A DNA stretch of 60,777 nt, counting the filler, from Sphacelaria rigidula (Eukaryota): the NCBI GenBank assembly GCA_964200075.2. It is 4 parts of 4 records of this genome, joined end to end, with 100 filler letters (N's around TTAATTAATTAA, not from the genome) between each part and the next. Parts side by side here need not be neighbours in the genome. Positions count along the whole stretch, not along the records: positions 1 to 15,123 come from CAXNAA020001896.1; 3 more parts are not named here. One strand, written 5' to 3'. The notes under the pieces are model-generated. The model did not search any database, was not told the origin of the DNA, and was given only the letters and a program-made list of their open reading frames with translations. The stretch's first letter is position 1; each line of letters starts with the position of its first letter. Shown piece by piece: positions 1 through 10,791 of the stretch. Position numbers and translations under genes: made by a program.

Positions 1-119
1 TTTTTCGTACCTTTCTTGGGCAAAAAACGAGAAGGTATACCTTTTCTAGTCCATTGCTCTATATGTTTTCCACCCTCGGGTTCATGCGGGACCAACAGTC
101 AGCACATGGTTGGATCCTG

Positions 120-169
120 ACATTTCATGGGGCGTCGACTCGTATGAACTCTGATTCGTCCTAACCGCG
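120..169. mobile_element. Terminus of a second copy of the hAT-like family seen at 3842-5509
   Basis: catttcatggggcgtcgactcgtatgaactctgattcgtcctaaccgcg resembles the right end of the 3842-5509 element (cattcatcaggagtcaacccgtataaactctgatttgtctgaaccgtg). Confidence 0.55.
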
Positions 170-246
170 GTTGATGTATTGAGTGAGTGATTGTTGTACA
201 TTCTCCGGTGCGAACCATGATCTAACCGTGGTCAGTCAAAACATGG
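170..246 (-). mobile_element. RTE/SINE-like 3' tail fragment
   Basis: The reverse strand reads tgaccacggttagatc...acaatcactcactcaat, similar to the LINE 3' end at 11698-11768 (tgaccacggctggatc...caatcaatcactca). Confidence 0.45.
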
Positions 247-1352
247 GTGTGCGTACGAGCTGGGCCAGCCTAAAAACGGATTTAAGCTCTCAAAGCAATA
301 TCTCGTCGACACAGACGAGTTGGGCCGTGATCCGCGTATCGAATTAATCGTCTAACCAAGGGGAAGGTGCCCATCTGCTCAAAAGTTTGGGCTCATATTT
401 TCACGTTGATTAAACCCCATGTCTAGTAATTCTTATACCTAACGGAGATGACGTCTATGCTAAAATGTACATGAAACCCCCGATGGATGCATTCAGTGGA
501 TGACGATGAATTTTGATGGGGACATTCTCTGGAGCAAGGGGAGACGATAAATACCCTCAAGTTCATCTTATTCGTTATCTATCCCGAGATATGGCGCACA
601 CAAGTTTCGATACGAAAATCAGTACACTACGAGCAAGAGGCACTAGATGCCCTAAATCTGGGTATCGCGTCTCAGGTTTTGAGAGTTGTTCCATAACATT
701 TCGTGTGGCGAACCGCTAGTGCGTGAAAAGAATTAAATGAACAACTTGTTACGTTTTTCATTTTTTTTTCTTCATTTTTTCTCGTTTTTATTTGGAGGTT
801 CGAGGAGAAATGAACATTGCTCTTAGGCCTCATCTCAATGTTTTAGCTCAATTTTTAGCACTGTGATTTGAACGTTAGCATAGAGAACCACAAAATTGCA
901 CCGAAAAAAAATGAGCCTCTAATGTTTTTTTTCAGATGTTAGTCCGTTCTCGTGGAAGAAATGGTCTTTACCATACTAGAACGCCCTAAACCAGCGAAGA
1001 AGAAAATAATGGGAAAAGCGTGACCCACTGAGTGTTGTTATTTATGCCTTCGAGAGCGCCCACACAAAATTTCAATACACGGAAACCAAACGTGGGCCGG
1101 TGAGTGGCCTTCGAAATACTGTTCCGAATGTCTATCGATCCAGTTCTTAAAAGGCGTTTGCTCATCCCAATATTTAGAGTTGAAGCGTAAAATTTGGTAT
1201 GAACAATGCATGGGGCATTCAAGATCAAATTATGTCGGTACCAAAAGGTTTTTTTTCACGAGTTAAGGGCATTTTCCTGATACCTGAAAACTGATTATTG
1301 CGCTTAACTCGTGAAAAAAAACTTTTGGTACCGACGCTATTTGTTTTTTAAT

Positions 1353-3184
1353 AGAGAGTTTCGGAAGATTTTGTTTCTGATCATAGAGTCAGAGTGCAGA
1401 GTGGAAGCGTTGAAACTTTAGAGTGGACGCTAAAAAGTTCATGGCGGAAGCTGACGTGACGTGGCTTGATGTGGACTTTTTTTACCCGCAGTGATTGGCC
1501 GCAGGTTGTGCCGCCAAAAATGAATTTGCGATCGCCCAGCGTGCAGTCAGGTGCAGTTTGAAAATGCACCAGTTAACACAGAATTATTTGCTGTACTTTA
1601 CCCTGCGACACCGTACGTGCCGTACACCACGCTTCATTGCACCTGTAGTACTTCAATCCACTACGGTGCACCACAGGGTACTGTAGTATTGTAGGGGTTG
1701 TGCAGTGTAGAGTACAGCCAGTGCAGTGTAGAGCGTGCAATACAGAACCCTACAACAGTACATCGGGGTACTGTACGGTGACCTACAGCGATGCCGTACA
1801 GTTGGTTGTACAGTAATACAGCAGCAAAACAGTACTGTAGTAGGCAGCACTTTCAAACAACAGACAAGACCGCATCGTGATAATTTCCCAACATGCCACC
1901 CATAAGTGTGGTGCAAGAAGTCATGACCTTTAACGAAATGGCAATGTAGCCAGGTGTAGTACTGCTTGTGCGTTGTAGACTACGAATCGTCCACACCGTC
2001 TTCTTACAGCTGGGGCTGGCAAAAATGAGGAACTGCCCCCAAAGCAACGGCGTGTATCCGCCGAGCATTTGAATTTTCACTCAGCACAACCAAGCGGATG
2101 CTGGTACCGTGGCAGCGCCAGGGAGGTCTTCTATTTGCGATGCAAAATGTTTCTACTTCTTGACTGATCCATTGTGATGAGCATGGCAGTTATGACTCTC
2201 CTTCACACTAACCCCAACTAGTCTACTGTACAGCGATACAGTACAGGGAGTCAGTTGTACAAACAACTTTAGTACAGACAGTACCGTACGCAGCGCTTTC
2301 AAACAGCAGACGTCGGCCGCATTGCGATGATTTCTCCATATTCCACCCATCACGGTGGTGCAAGACGTCATGATCTCTCACGGGATGGGAATACAGCCAG
2401 GTGTAGTACTGCTGGCACGCTGTAGACTACAAAAAGTTCCCACCGTCATCTTACAGCTGAGGCTGGCAAGAGTGAGGAACTGCACCCAGGTCAACGTGTG
2501 CCCGTCGAGCATTGGAATATTCGAATATTCACGCAACGCAACCAAGCGAATGCTGATACCATGGCGGCGTCAGGCAGGTCTTCTGATCGTCATGCCCAGC
2601 TTTTCTACTTCGTGAATGTCCCGTTGTGATGAGTATGTCAGTTTCGATGGATGATGAATGTCCCACTTTGCTTGTTAGGGTGCGTTGACTTTGGACTGGA
2701 CGTGACCATGGCGGTGAAGGTCGGCGTGATCCTTCTTCATTCCGCTATTAGCTCTGAAGAAGAACAAAGGTTTTCAGAGTGAAGTGGTACAAACGGCCCT
2801 CTGACTCTGAAAAAAACGCTCTGGAAAAAACTTCATAGCGGAGAATGCACCGTTACCGGCTCTTTTTCCTTCCACTCTGACTCTAAGATACTTCGTGAAT
2901 GGCCCGTCGTGATGAGTATGTCAGTTTCGATAGATGATGAATGTCTCACTTTGCTTGTTAGGGTGTGTTGGCTTTGGACTGGACGTGATCATGGCGGTGA
3001 AGGTCGGCGTGGTCCTTCTTCATTCTGCTATTAGCTCTGAAGAGGAACAACGGTTTTCAGAGTGAAGTGGTACAAACGGCCCTCTGCTCTGGAAAAAACT
3101 TCATAGCGGAGAATGCACCGTTACCGGCTCTTTTTCCTTCCACTCTGACTCTAAGATTTGAAAAAACGTTTTCCGAAACTCTCT
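1353..3184. mobile_element. Non-autonomous TIR element with 3-bp AAT TSD, nested in the 256-3292 element
   Basis: TIRs agagagtttcggaa and ttccgaaactctct, with AAT at 1350-1352 and 3185-3187. Removing it restores an arm matching the left arm (gcattcaagatcaaat). Confidence 0.75.
2606..3156. repeat. Tandem duplication of about 283 bp, two copies
   Basis: The unit beginning tacttcgtgaatg occurs at 2606 and 2889 and is nearly identical apart from a short deletion. An older, more diverged duplication spans about 1750-2180 and 2200-2640. Confidence 0.85.
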
Positions 3185-3633
3185 AATGCCCCATGCATTG
3201 TCCATACCAACTTTTACGCTCCAACTCTAAATATTGTGGTGAGCAAACCCATCATGTAAACTTCAAATCCGCCTCTAGGCTGGCCCAGCTCGTATCCACG
3301 AGCGAATAAATTGACGGGAACATTGCTCAAGGAAAGCTCGAGGAAGTGAATATAAGGCGACAAGAAGGCAGAAAACAAACGATCAGACTGGAAAATACGA
3401 GAAAATGCCCCCGCATCATGGTTCTGCTTCAAAGAGAGTCTACCAACAAAAATAAAAGGATAAAGGGGAGGAAAGGAAAGGAAAGGAGAGGAGGGCATGG
3501 AGACAGTAGAGAAAGAAGAAACGGTAGGAAAGTAGGAAGAAAACAAAAGAGAGGGAAGGGAAGCAATCAAATTGGTACCCAGAAACATGTGTACGTGAAT
3601 GCCCGGCAATCTACAGTGCAGTTACGTAGTTAC

Positions 3634-6262
3634 CTTGCAATTGTCTGCAGACCCCTGCCAAACAACGGGATAGTAATAGTCGAACTCGCCGGGCCAAGAT
3701 TCGAAGCACGGAATCTCTACGCCCGCGTAAACTGCGCGATCATTTTCCAGTCAAACAGAGTAACACAAGGGGCATAAGAGGACGCTCACGCGTGGCGGGG
3801 AGGAGCAGTTTCGGCGTACTGCAGCCCAACTCACAAGGATTCACGGTTTGGACAAATCAAATCGTGATTCAACTCCTGTTCATCATTTGAACGAATAAAT
3901 CATACGATTGACACTTTCTACGATAGCCCCCCCCCGAAAAGTGCAAGTTTGGGGGGGCAAAATCTTCACGTAAATCGAAATGGGAAAAGCCGAGCACAAC
4001 GAGAAGCTGGGAATTCTCACGCTCGGGTTCATTCTAGCCAATGTCGACAATATGAGGCGCTTCATGCAGCCTGGAACCGAACATCAGGCGCTGGTTGGTC
4101 CTTTTTTTCGTGACACTTTCAGCTAGTTTGGGGGGGGGGCTATCGTAGAAAGTGTCGATTCGTACATCATTTGTGATTTGTGCATGTTTTGGGTTCGTGA
4201 TTCGTACGACACAAATTGAAGTGTACACATTCCGAGTTCGTGATTCGTGACGTACACCGTGGAAGGTACATGTTTTCTACCTTCCATTCATACCGGGTAA
4301 ATCATGGGCACACGATTATCTCCTTTAGTCCATGTGGGACGAATCATGTGTACATGTCGCCCAACGCTTACTTCATTCGGCATGAATCGCATGTACATCT
4401 GCCCGCCCTTGAGTACATGCGGGACGAACCATGTGTACATGTCGCCCAATGCTTAGTTCATTCGACATGAATCGCATGTACATCTGCCCGTCCTTGAGTA
4501 GATGCGCGACGAATCATGTGTATATGTCGCCCAACGCTTACTTCATTCGGCATGAATCGCATGTGCATCAGCCCACCCTTGAGTACATGCGGGACGAATC
4601 ATGTGTACATGTCACCCAATGCTTAGTTCATTCGGCATGAATCGCATGTACATCTGCCCTGAGATATCTCGGTGTGGATGACACCCCGAAGTATTTGCGG
4701 GGAAGGGGGGAGGGGGGGGGGACGCAAACTGGTGTGGTTCTTCAAGTTGAGTGGTTTGAGGTGTGTTTTTGGAACATCCAGTATGTGTGTAGTGACTTGT
4801 TTGGTTCACACATGAAACGAATCGTACGGTCCCGCAGAGGGCGGCGATTTCTTCCCGCTTTCCACTCGTGATTAATGAGTCATGAATCGTGGGCATGCCA
4901 TTTCCACCTTGCCTCTATACGACATGAATCACGTGTACATGTTTCTCACCTTTCCGTTATCCAGCATGAACCAAGGGTACGCATTCTCCCCTTTTCATCA
5001 TGAATACATGAGTCATGGATACATGTCTCCCACCTTGCCTTCATATGGCATGAATCATGGGTACACATGTATCCCCGATAGTTCATGCGGGATGAATCAT
5101 GTGTACATATCTCCTACCTTACTTAATACGGCATGAATCATTGATACATGTCTCCTACCCCTTAGTTCATGCGGGATGAATCATGGGTACATAATTTCAC
5201 TCTCGTTTTCATGCGGGATGACTCATGGGTACATGTGGCCCACCCTTTGGTTCATGGGGGATGAATCACGGGTATGTGTTTTCCACCAATGATTCGTACA
5301 TGGACGATGATTCGTACGTGGTTTTCAACACCGATTCGTGTTGCACAACCTGAAGTGTACACATTCCAAGTCCATGATTAGTGCGACATGACCTTGAATA
5401 TACAACTTCACCATTCATCATTCGTACCAGATGACTCAGTGGTACATGATTCGCACTCGAACATTCATCAGGAGTCAACCCGTATAAACTCTGATTTGTC
5501 TGAACCGTGCAAGGAATGCATCGCAAACGGTAACAAAGGGCGGAATAAGTGTTTTTTGCCTTTTGCAACGTCAAGCTTTCCTATTGCAATTATTGCGCCA
5601 CCTGATATTGAAGGTGTTGTGTATATTACACATATTCGTAGTTCATCACCCCCCAAATAACTTCCATGTTTCATTTTCCTCCGCCACACTATCAACTATT
5701 TCCCCTCCTTCGGATAAGTCCGTGGTCTCAAATTATAAATCAAGCCATATCCCCCGCGGTACACACCCTGAATATTGGTCTCGCGGATTGGATCAGAACC
5801 TCCGCACCGTGTCGACTGTCGTCAAGCAAACTCATTGAACAAACGCAGTCAAGACAAACTATCTTCACTACGTCTTCACGCCCTCACACTTCCAATGACG
5901 GATATCAGATACTTTGAACCAAAAAAATCTGAACGTATCTGGCAGGAATCGTACCCGCGTTTTGTCTACCCCAGTAGTGTCATTTTCACCAATGAGGCGC
6001 GGCGAGCATCATATTCGGATAATTCCATGTTTGGTCTCTGTCGTCGGCCGACCTTCCACGACGGCGACAACGACCACAAAAGCACCGCACGACTTACGTG
6101 TGAACGTTGCATCGGCCGGGTCATCATCACTGCCAGTACCCTTGATGGTGAAGTCGACCATGGTGTCGGGTTGCAGACCGCAGATCGCGGTACTCCACGC
6201 GTCGCCCCCGCCGCCGCAGGTGCACGAGAACACCTTGCCCAGCACTTGAGCAGACTCTTCCT
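3634..6262 (-). CDS. Two internal exons of an unknown gene (6262-6098 and 3731-3634)
   Basis: Exon 6262-6098 has a ctacag acceptor, encodes EESAQVLGKVFSCTCGGGGDAWSTAICGLQPDTMVDFTIKGTGSDDDPADATFT, and ends at a GTAAGT donor in phase 1. It joins in phase to exon 3731-3634 (gcgcag acceptor, LYAGVEIPCFESWPGEFDYYYPVVWQGSADNCK, GTAACT donor). Other exons were not identified. Confidence 0.55.
3910..4156. mobile_element. MITE, GACAC family copy 1 (4-bp TSD gatt)
   Basis: TIRs gacactttctacgatagccccccc and gggggggctatcgtagaaagtgtc, with gatt on both sides. Homologous copies lie at 32364 and 59251. Confidence 0.9.
4330..5290. repeat. Minisatellite of ~39-40-bp units (79-bp dimer) with a catgaatcatg/tacatgt core
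   Basis: Four ~79-bp repeats at 4330-4660 and a degenerate array at 4880-5290, interrupted by about 210 bp of unrelated sequence. Confidence 0.85.
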
Positions 6263-9170
6263 CTGTAGGTATGAGAGAGTCAGAGCTGCAGTTCGTCGCT
6301 GGCACAGACTGGTGGAGTCCGACACCCAAGGGAACGGCGCGCGCGGGGGGACGGGGCAATCAGTACTGTGAATCTAGACATCAATCGTGACCCAGGGAGG
6401 CATCGCCCGCTCATATCTGCAGACCTCAGACATATGTACTCCGAAGATCAAGGACCTTCATTCAACATAGGAGGTACACTTATGACACTGCTTAGCAGCA
6501 TCACATGCAACGTTGCGGGCAATAACGGTAGCCATAATATACAACAATCGATAAAGGTATCATTGCGGGGTATTTGAAAACCTTCAAAACTCAGGGCTAC
6601 GGACGACTGACAGCAAATCTCATTATCAAACGAGAGGGGGAGCTTGAGCTTACAGAAGGAAGTAGTCCGATCACAAAATATCGAACAACAACGTTGGGGC
6701 TGAAAATTGCGCTGCGTGTACGTGGTCAGGGACCAAAATCTCACTTTTGGATAATGAGTGGATAAATAACAAAGTCTACGTCGAATTGGGGGGCAGGTTG
6801 GACTTCCGCTTGGTCAAGTAGGTGACTGCTGCTCGTGGAGGTAAGTGTATGCGCCTTCAAGCTGGTTCGTGATGACCATGTCATTTCGCTCGACTCTACG
6901 CGAACGAACTCAAGAGGCGGGGAGGAAGACATCACATGTGTGTTGTGTGAACTGATTTGACATGACTGTTTCACGACTGAGTGACAAATGAACAAACCCG
7001 GCATACAGTTCATCAACGATCAACACACATCGATCGAGATCGAGATGAGTCACAAAGCAGCCAAAACGCCCCGCTCGTTTCGACTTTACATTCTCCCCGA
7101 CCTTCTCCCCGACCGCCACCCGTCTGGGGCTGGTTGTGTCGGGGTAGGCTAACCCCATCGACAACACAACCAGTAAGTAAGGGAGGGTAAGTTGACCTAC
7201 TTTGCCTGCGTTTCGTGTCAGTGGTGATGCAACAGTCTAGGTCGTGGGTCATACCGACGGTGCCAACGTCCAGGCTCGATCCTGCAGCTTCGGAGTTCTA
7301 CCCTAGAATGGGAACCACATTGAACCCCGCAGCTGCAGCGTTTTACCCGGCGTTGAGACACTGTCACGGGAATCACGTTGATGGGGATGAGGCATGTGTG
7401 AGTAAGTATCAGATTCGATGGACTGGAGATAGCGGCCGAAGCAGGATGGGAAGGCTGCACCCTCCCCGTGAGATAAAAAAGCAAGGCAACTACTGTGATA
7501 GACGTGCCACAGAAAAATCTGAACAGAAAAAAAGCTCGCCCGTAAAATTAGGAGGCGGAACAGACCGAGAAAGAGAGCCGAGCAAAGTGAGAGACGCGTG
7601 AATATAGAGAAGGCTAAAGCTAGGACGCGTAGTGGGGAGCTCAAAGTGGCTACCTATAACGTCCGTATACTGTCCCTCACGGGAAGAACGGAGCTGGCTA
7701 TACTGAGGTGATCCTGTAGAAATATAAGGCAGTCCGATGTGACGTCATCGGGCTACAGGAATTGAGGAGACCAGGCTGATCCGAGTTTTGGGCGTCGGGA
7801 TATCGTGTCTTTTGCTGCGGGGTAGAGGGGGGCAAGGGAAGGGCTGGTCAACATAGGGCTGGGCTGGCGGTCAAGGAGTCGATCATCAGCAAGGCCACGT
7901 GGACTCAGGCACTCATCAGCGAACACCTCATGTCGATAACTTTCAACCTAGCGGGTAAATCAAATGCTGCTACCTTTGTATTTGCTTATGCTCCTACAGA
8001 CACTCCACAGTCAAGAGAAGAGAGAGATTTGTCCTGGAATGAGTTAGACGGCATTGTCAACCGTATCCCCTACAAACATCATCTGTTTATTTTAATGGAC
8101 GCTAACGCGAGGACTGGAGTACAAACAGGCGAGGAGTAACGTAAAATTGTAGAAGCATTCGGCTGGGACATTTGATCCAATGACAGTAATGGCAAATCTA
8201 TAATGCAGTTTGCAGGCGACAACAGGCTTTTCCCGGTCAACACGTTCTTTTCCACCCCGAAGGGAAACACCTCGCGTACGTTCAACGATGTTGCGAATCG
8301 CCCCGCGGACAAGAAACCCATTGACTATATCATCACACGGCAAGACCACCGCAGGCTTGTTCGCAATGTCACCGTCCACCCTCAACCCCCCAACTCGCTG
8401 GACTCTGACCACAACACTGTGTGCGCCTCAGTGCGGCTCCTTGGTCGCTTCGCACACCACAGACCTAGACGAATCCCAATTGGGCATACACCGATCGACG
8501 GACGGGCAATTGTATCTGACCCCGACAGACGTGAGCAGCTCACCCAGCTCATCACCAGCGAGCTCAAACAGAGTATACAGGGTGATACAGTTTGCTTCCT
8601 GGGTACGAACTTTGCCGACGTACTCTTGGGTGCCGCTGAAAAGGTAGTACCCCGTCTGACCCGAAAGCCACGTATACCGGGGTGGTTCAAGGATGCTGAA
8701 ATCAGAACGGAATTTGAACAGGCCTAGATGGAGAGGGAAAGGGTGGGATCAAGGGTGAGACTGAGATCATCTCGAGATGAACCCGCATGGCGCACATTGC
8801 GAGCAGCATGCAAAAAGTCAAAGAGGGGATCCAAGTTGGGGTGAACAAATATATGGATGTGTATGCTAAAGGACTAGAGGAGTCTACTCGAGCGGGGGAC
8901 ATGAAAGGATGGTACAGACATCTCAACGGAGGGTGGAGACTATCTGGACGATCCATCGAGAGTGAACAGTACATTCGAGATGAGGACGGCAATTTACTGC
9001 GGGACAAAGGTTTGATCGGTGGGAGATGCGAACGGTACTTCTCTACATTGCTGAACGCCACATCGGCAACTATCTACCCAACCGTCATCGAGAAGATTGC
9101 TCAACGACCAGTAGCGCTATCACTAGGAGACCCACCAAAGCCCGAGTGAAACCGAGGAGGCTCGAGAGCT

Positions 9171-10049
9171 ATGTCGAACGGCAAAGCAACCGGTCCGGAT
9201 GATATTCCTGCTGAAATCCTGAAGCTTGGACTCAACGGGGAGGCGTCGGAGATTCTGTACCACTTCCACAACATCGTCTCTGTAGTTTGGACATCTGGCG
9301 AGATGCCGCAACAATGGAAAGATGTCACCATCAAATCGCTACACAAGAAGAAGGATAGGACCGAGTGTGGTAACTACAGAGGCATTTCACTTGTGGTACA
9401 TACTGCTAATGTTCTCCTTAAAATCGTAGGCAGCAGGCTCGATAACTTTTGTGAGGAAGTTGATGTCTTCCCGGAAGAGCAGTGCGGATTTAGGCGCCAA
9501 AGATCGACCATAGACATGACGTTCGTAGTACGCCGACTCCAGGAGTTGGGACGGACGAACAACATCCCAGTAAACATGTGCTTGATCGATCTGCAGAAAG
9601 CCTACGATTCCGTAGACCGCACGCTCCCGTGGGAAGTGCTTGCTCGGTTTGGAGTCCCGTCGCGAATGATCACGATCAGTCCTATATTTCACGACGGCAT
9701 GCGAGCTCGGGTACAGCAAGATAGTGGCGAACTATCAGCTTGTGTCCACGTCTGCCAGGGACTCAGACAAGATTGCGTTTCGTCTCCGCCGTTGTCCAGC
9801 ATCTTCGGAGCAGGCTTTGTGGAAGTGATCGTTCAGCGGTTTGCGGCGGACCCAGTCATCGTCTTGGACTTGGTCTTTCTAGATGATGCGTCAAAAGGTG
9901 ACGGTGGTGAACCCATGGAAGAGACACCGCTGGAAAAGGAGCGACGCGCGGTGTGGGCAGTGCTTGATGCGGATGACGCCGGCATAGCCTCGAGGACCTC
10001 AGAAGGCCTTTCTCGAATGATGGCCATGATGGTGATGACTTGCCAGTAA
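9171..10049 (+). pseudogene. Reverse transcriptase domain fragment of the RTE LINE
   Basis: 292-aa ORF with non-LTR RT motifs, truncated by a stop codon, with a degenerate catalytic motif. Confidence 0.9.
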
Positions 10050-10321
10050 TTCGGCCTTATGGTCTCCGAGAGCAAGACAGAGTCCATGCGCCTTCGGTCA
10101 GTAGCCAGTCCCACGGAGGCCGCCCTGGATATCAAAGCTACCGGTCAACGGTATAAGCAGACGGGGGGAAGTTCATCTACCTTGGTGGAGCTATCAGCGC
10201 GGACGCGAAAATATCCATCGAAATCAACCTCCGTGTCAGCTCGGCGTGGGCGCGTATCCAAAACTGTAGCTCCCAACTCCACGCCACCCTTGAACGTTCG
10301 ACTGCTTGAGACCGCTCCTTA

Positions 10322-10791
10322 TAGCAGGCAAAAATATAAATATGAAAAAGTGCCTTTTTAGAGCTTTTGAGCCGTTTCACCCCCTGAAAGAGAGCTAGAC
10401 GGATTTTGACACCTTGGGATGATTCGCGGTACTCGTTGAGACGGTTCCAGCACACCTGTGCGTTTTTCCGGTGGCCGCAGTTTCTCTCTTGACCAGACTT
10501 GTATTTTCTCGGAGATCGCCCATTTTTCTCGGAGATCGGTCAAGTCGACACAACAAGGTTTTCTACGCTTGACGGGTCTCCGAGAAAAATGAGCGATCCC
10601 CGAGAAAAATGCAAGTCTAGGCAAGAAAAAAGCTGTGGCACCGGAAGAATACACAGGTGTGTTGGATCTGTCTCAACGAGTACAGCAAGACATTAGAGGG
10701 TGTCGAAATCCGCCTAGCTCTCTTTCAGGGCGTGAAACGACTTGGAAGCTCCAAAAAGGTACTTTTTCCAGGTTTATATTCTTGTCTGCTA
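10322..10791. mobile_element. Palindromic MITE inserted in the LINE ORF
   Basis: Long imperfect inverted arms tagcaggcaaaaatataaa and tttatattcttgtctgcta. Removal restores ctc ctt aaa att agc (LLKIS) ahead of AEVVKALLYGC. Confidence 0.85.

Larger units (their letters stand above)
256..3292. mobile_element. Non-autonomous TIR element, Tc1/mariner-like (TA TSD), containing nested insertions
   Basis: TIRs cgagctgggccagccta (256) and taggctggcccagctcg (3292), each flanked by TA. Internal inverted arms at 1158-1270 pair with 1300-1352 plus 3185-3248. Confidence 0.7.
3842..5509. mobile_element. Non-autonomous hAT-like element with 8-bp TSD and internal minisatellite
   Basis: TIRs cacggtttggacaaatca and tgatttgtctgaaccgtg. 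Flanks are caaggatt (3834-3841) and caaggaat (5510-5517), a 7/8 match. CA...TG ends with an 8-bp TSD are typical of hAT. Confidence 0.7.

Noticed and set aside
4330-4660. Possible CRISPR array
   Set aside because: The intervening sequences are themselves repeated, the context is eukaryotic, and there are no cas genes.
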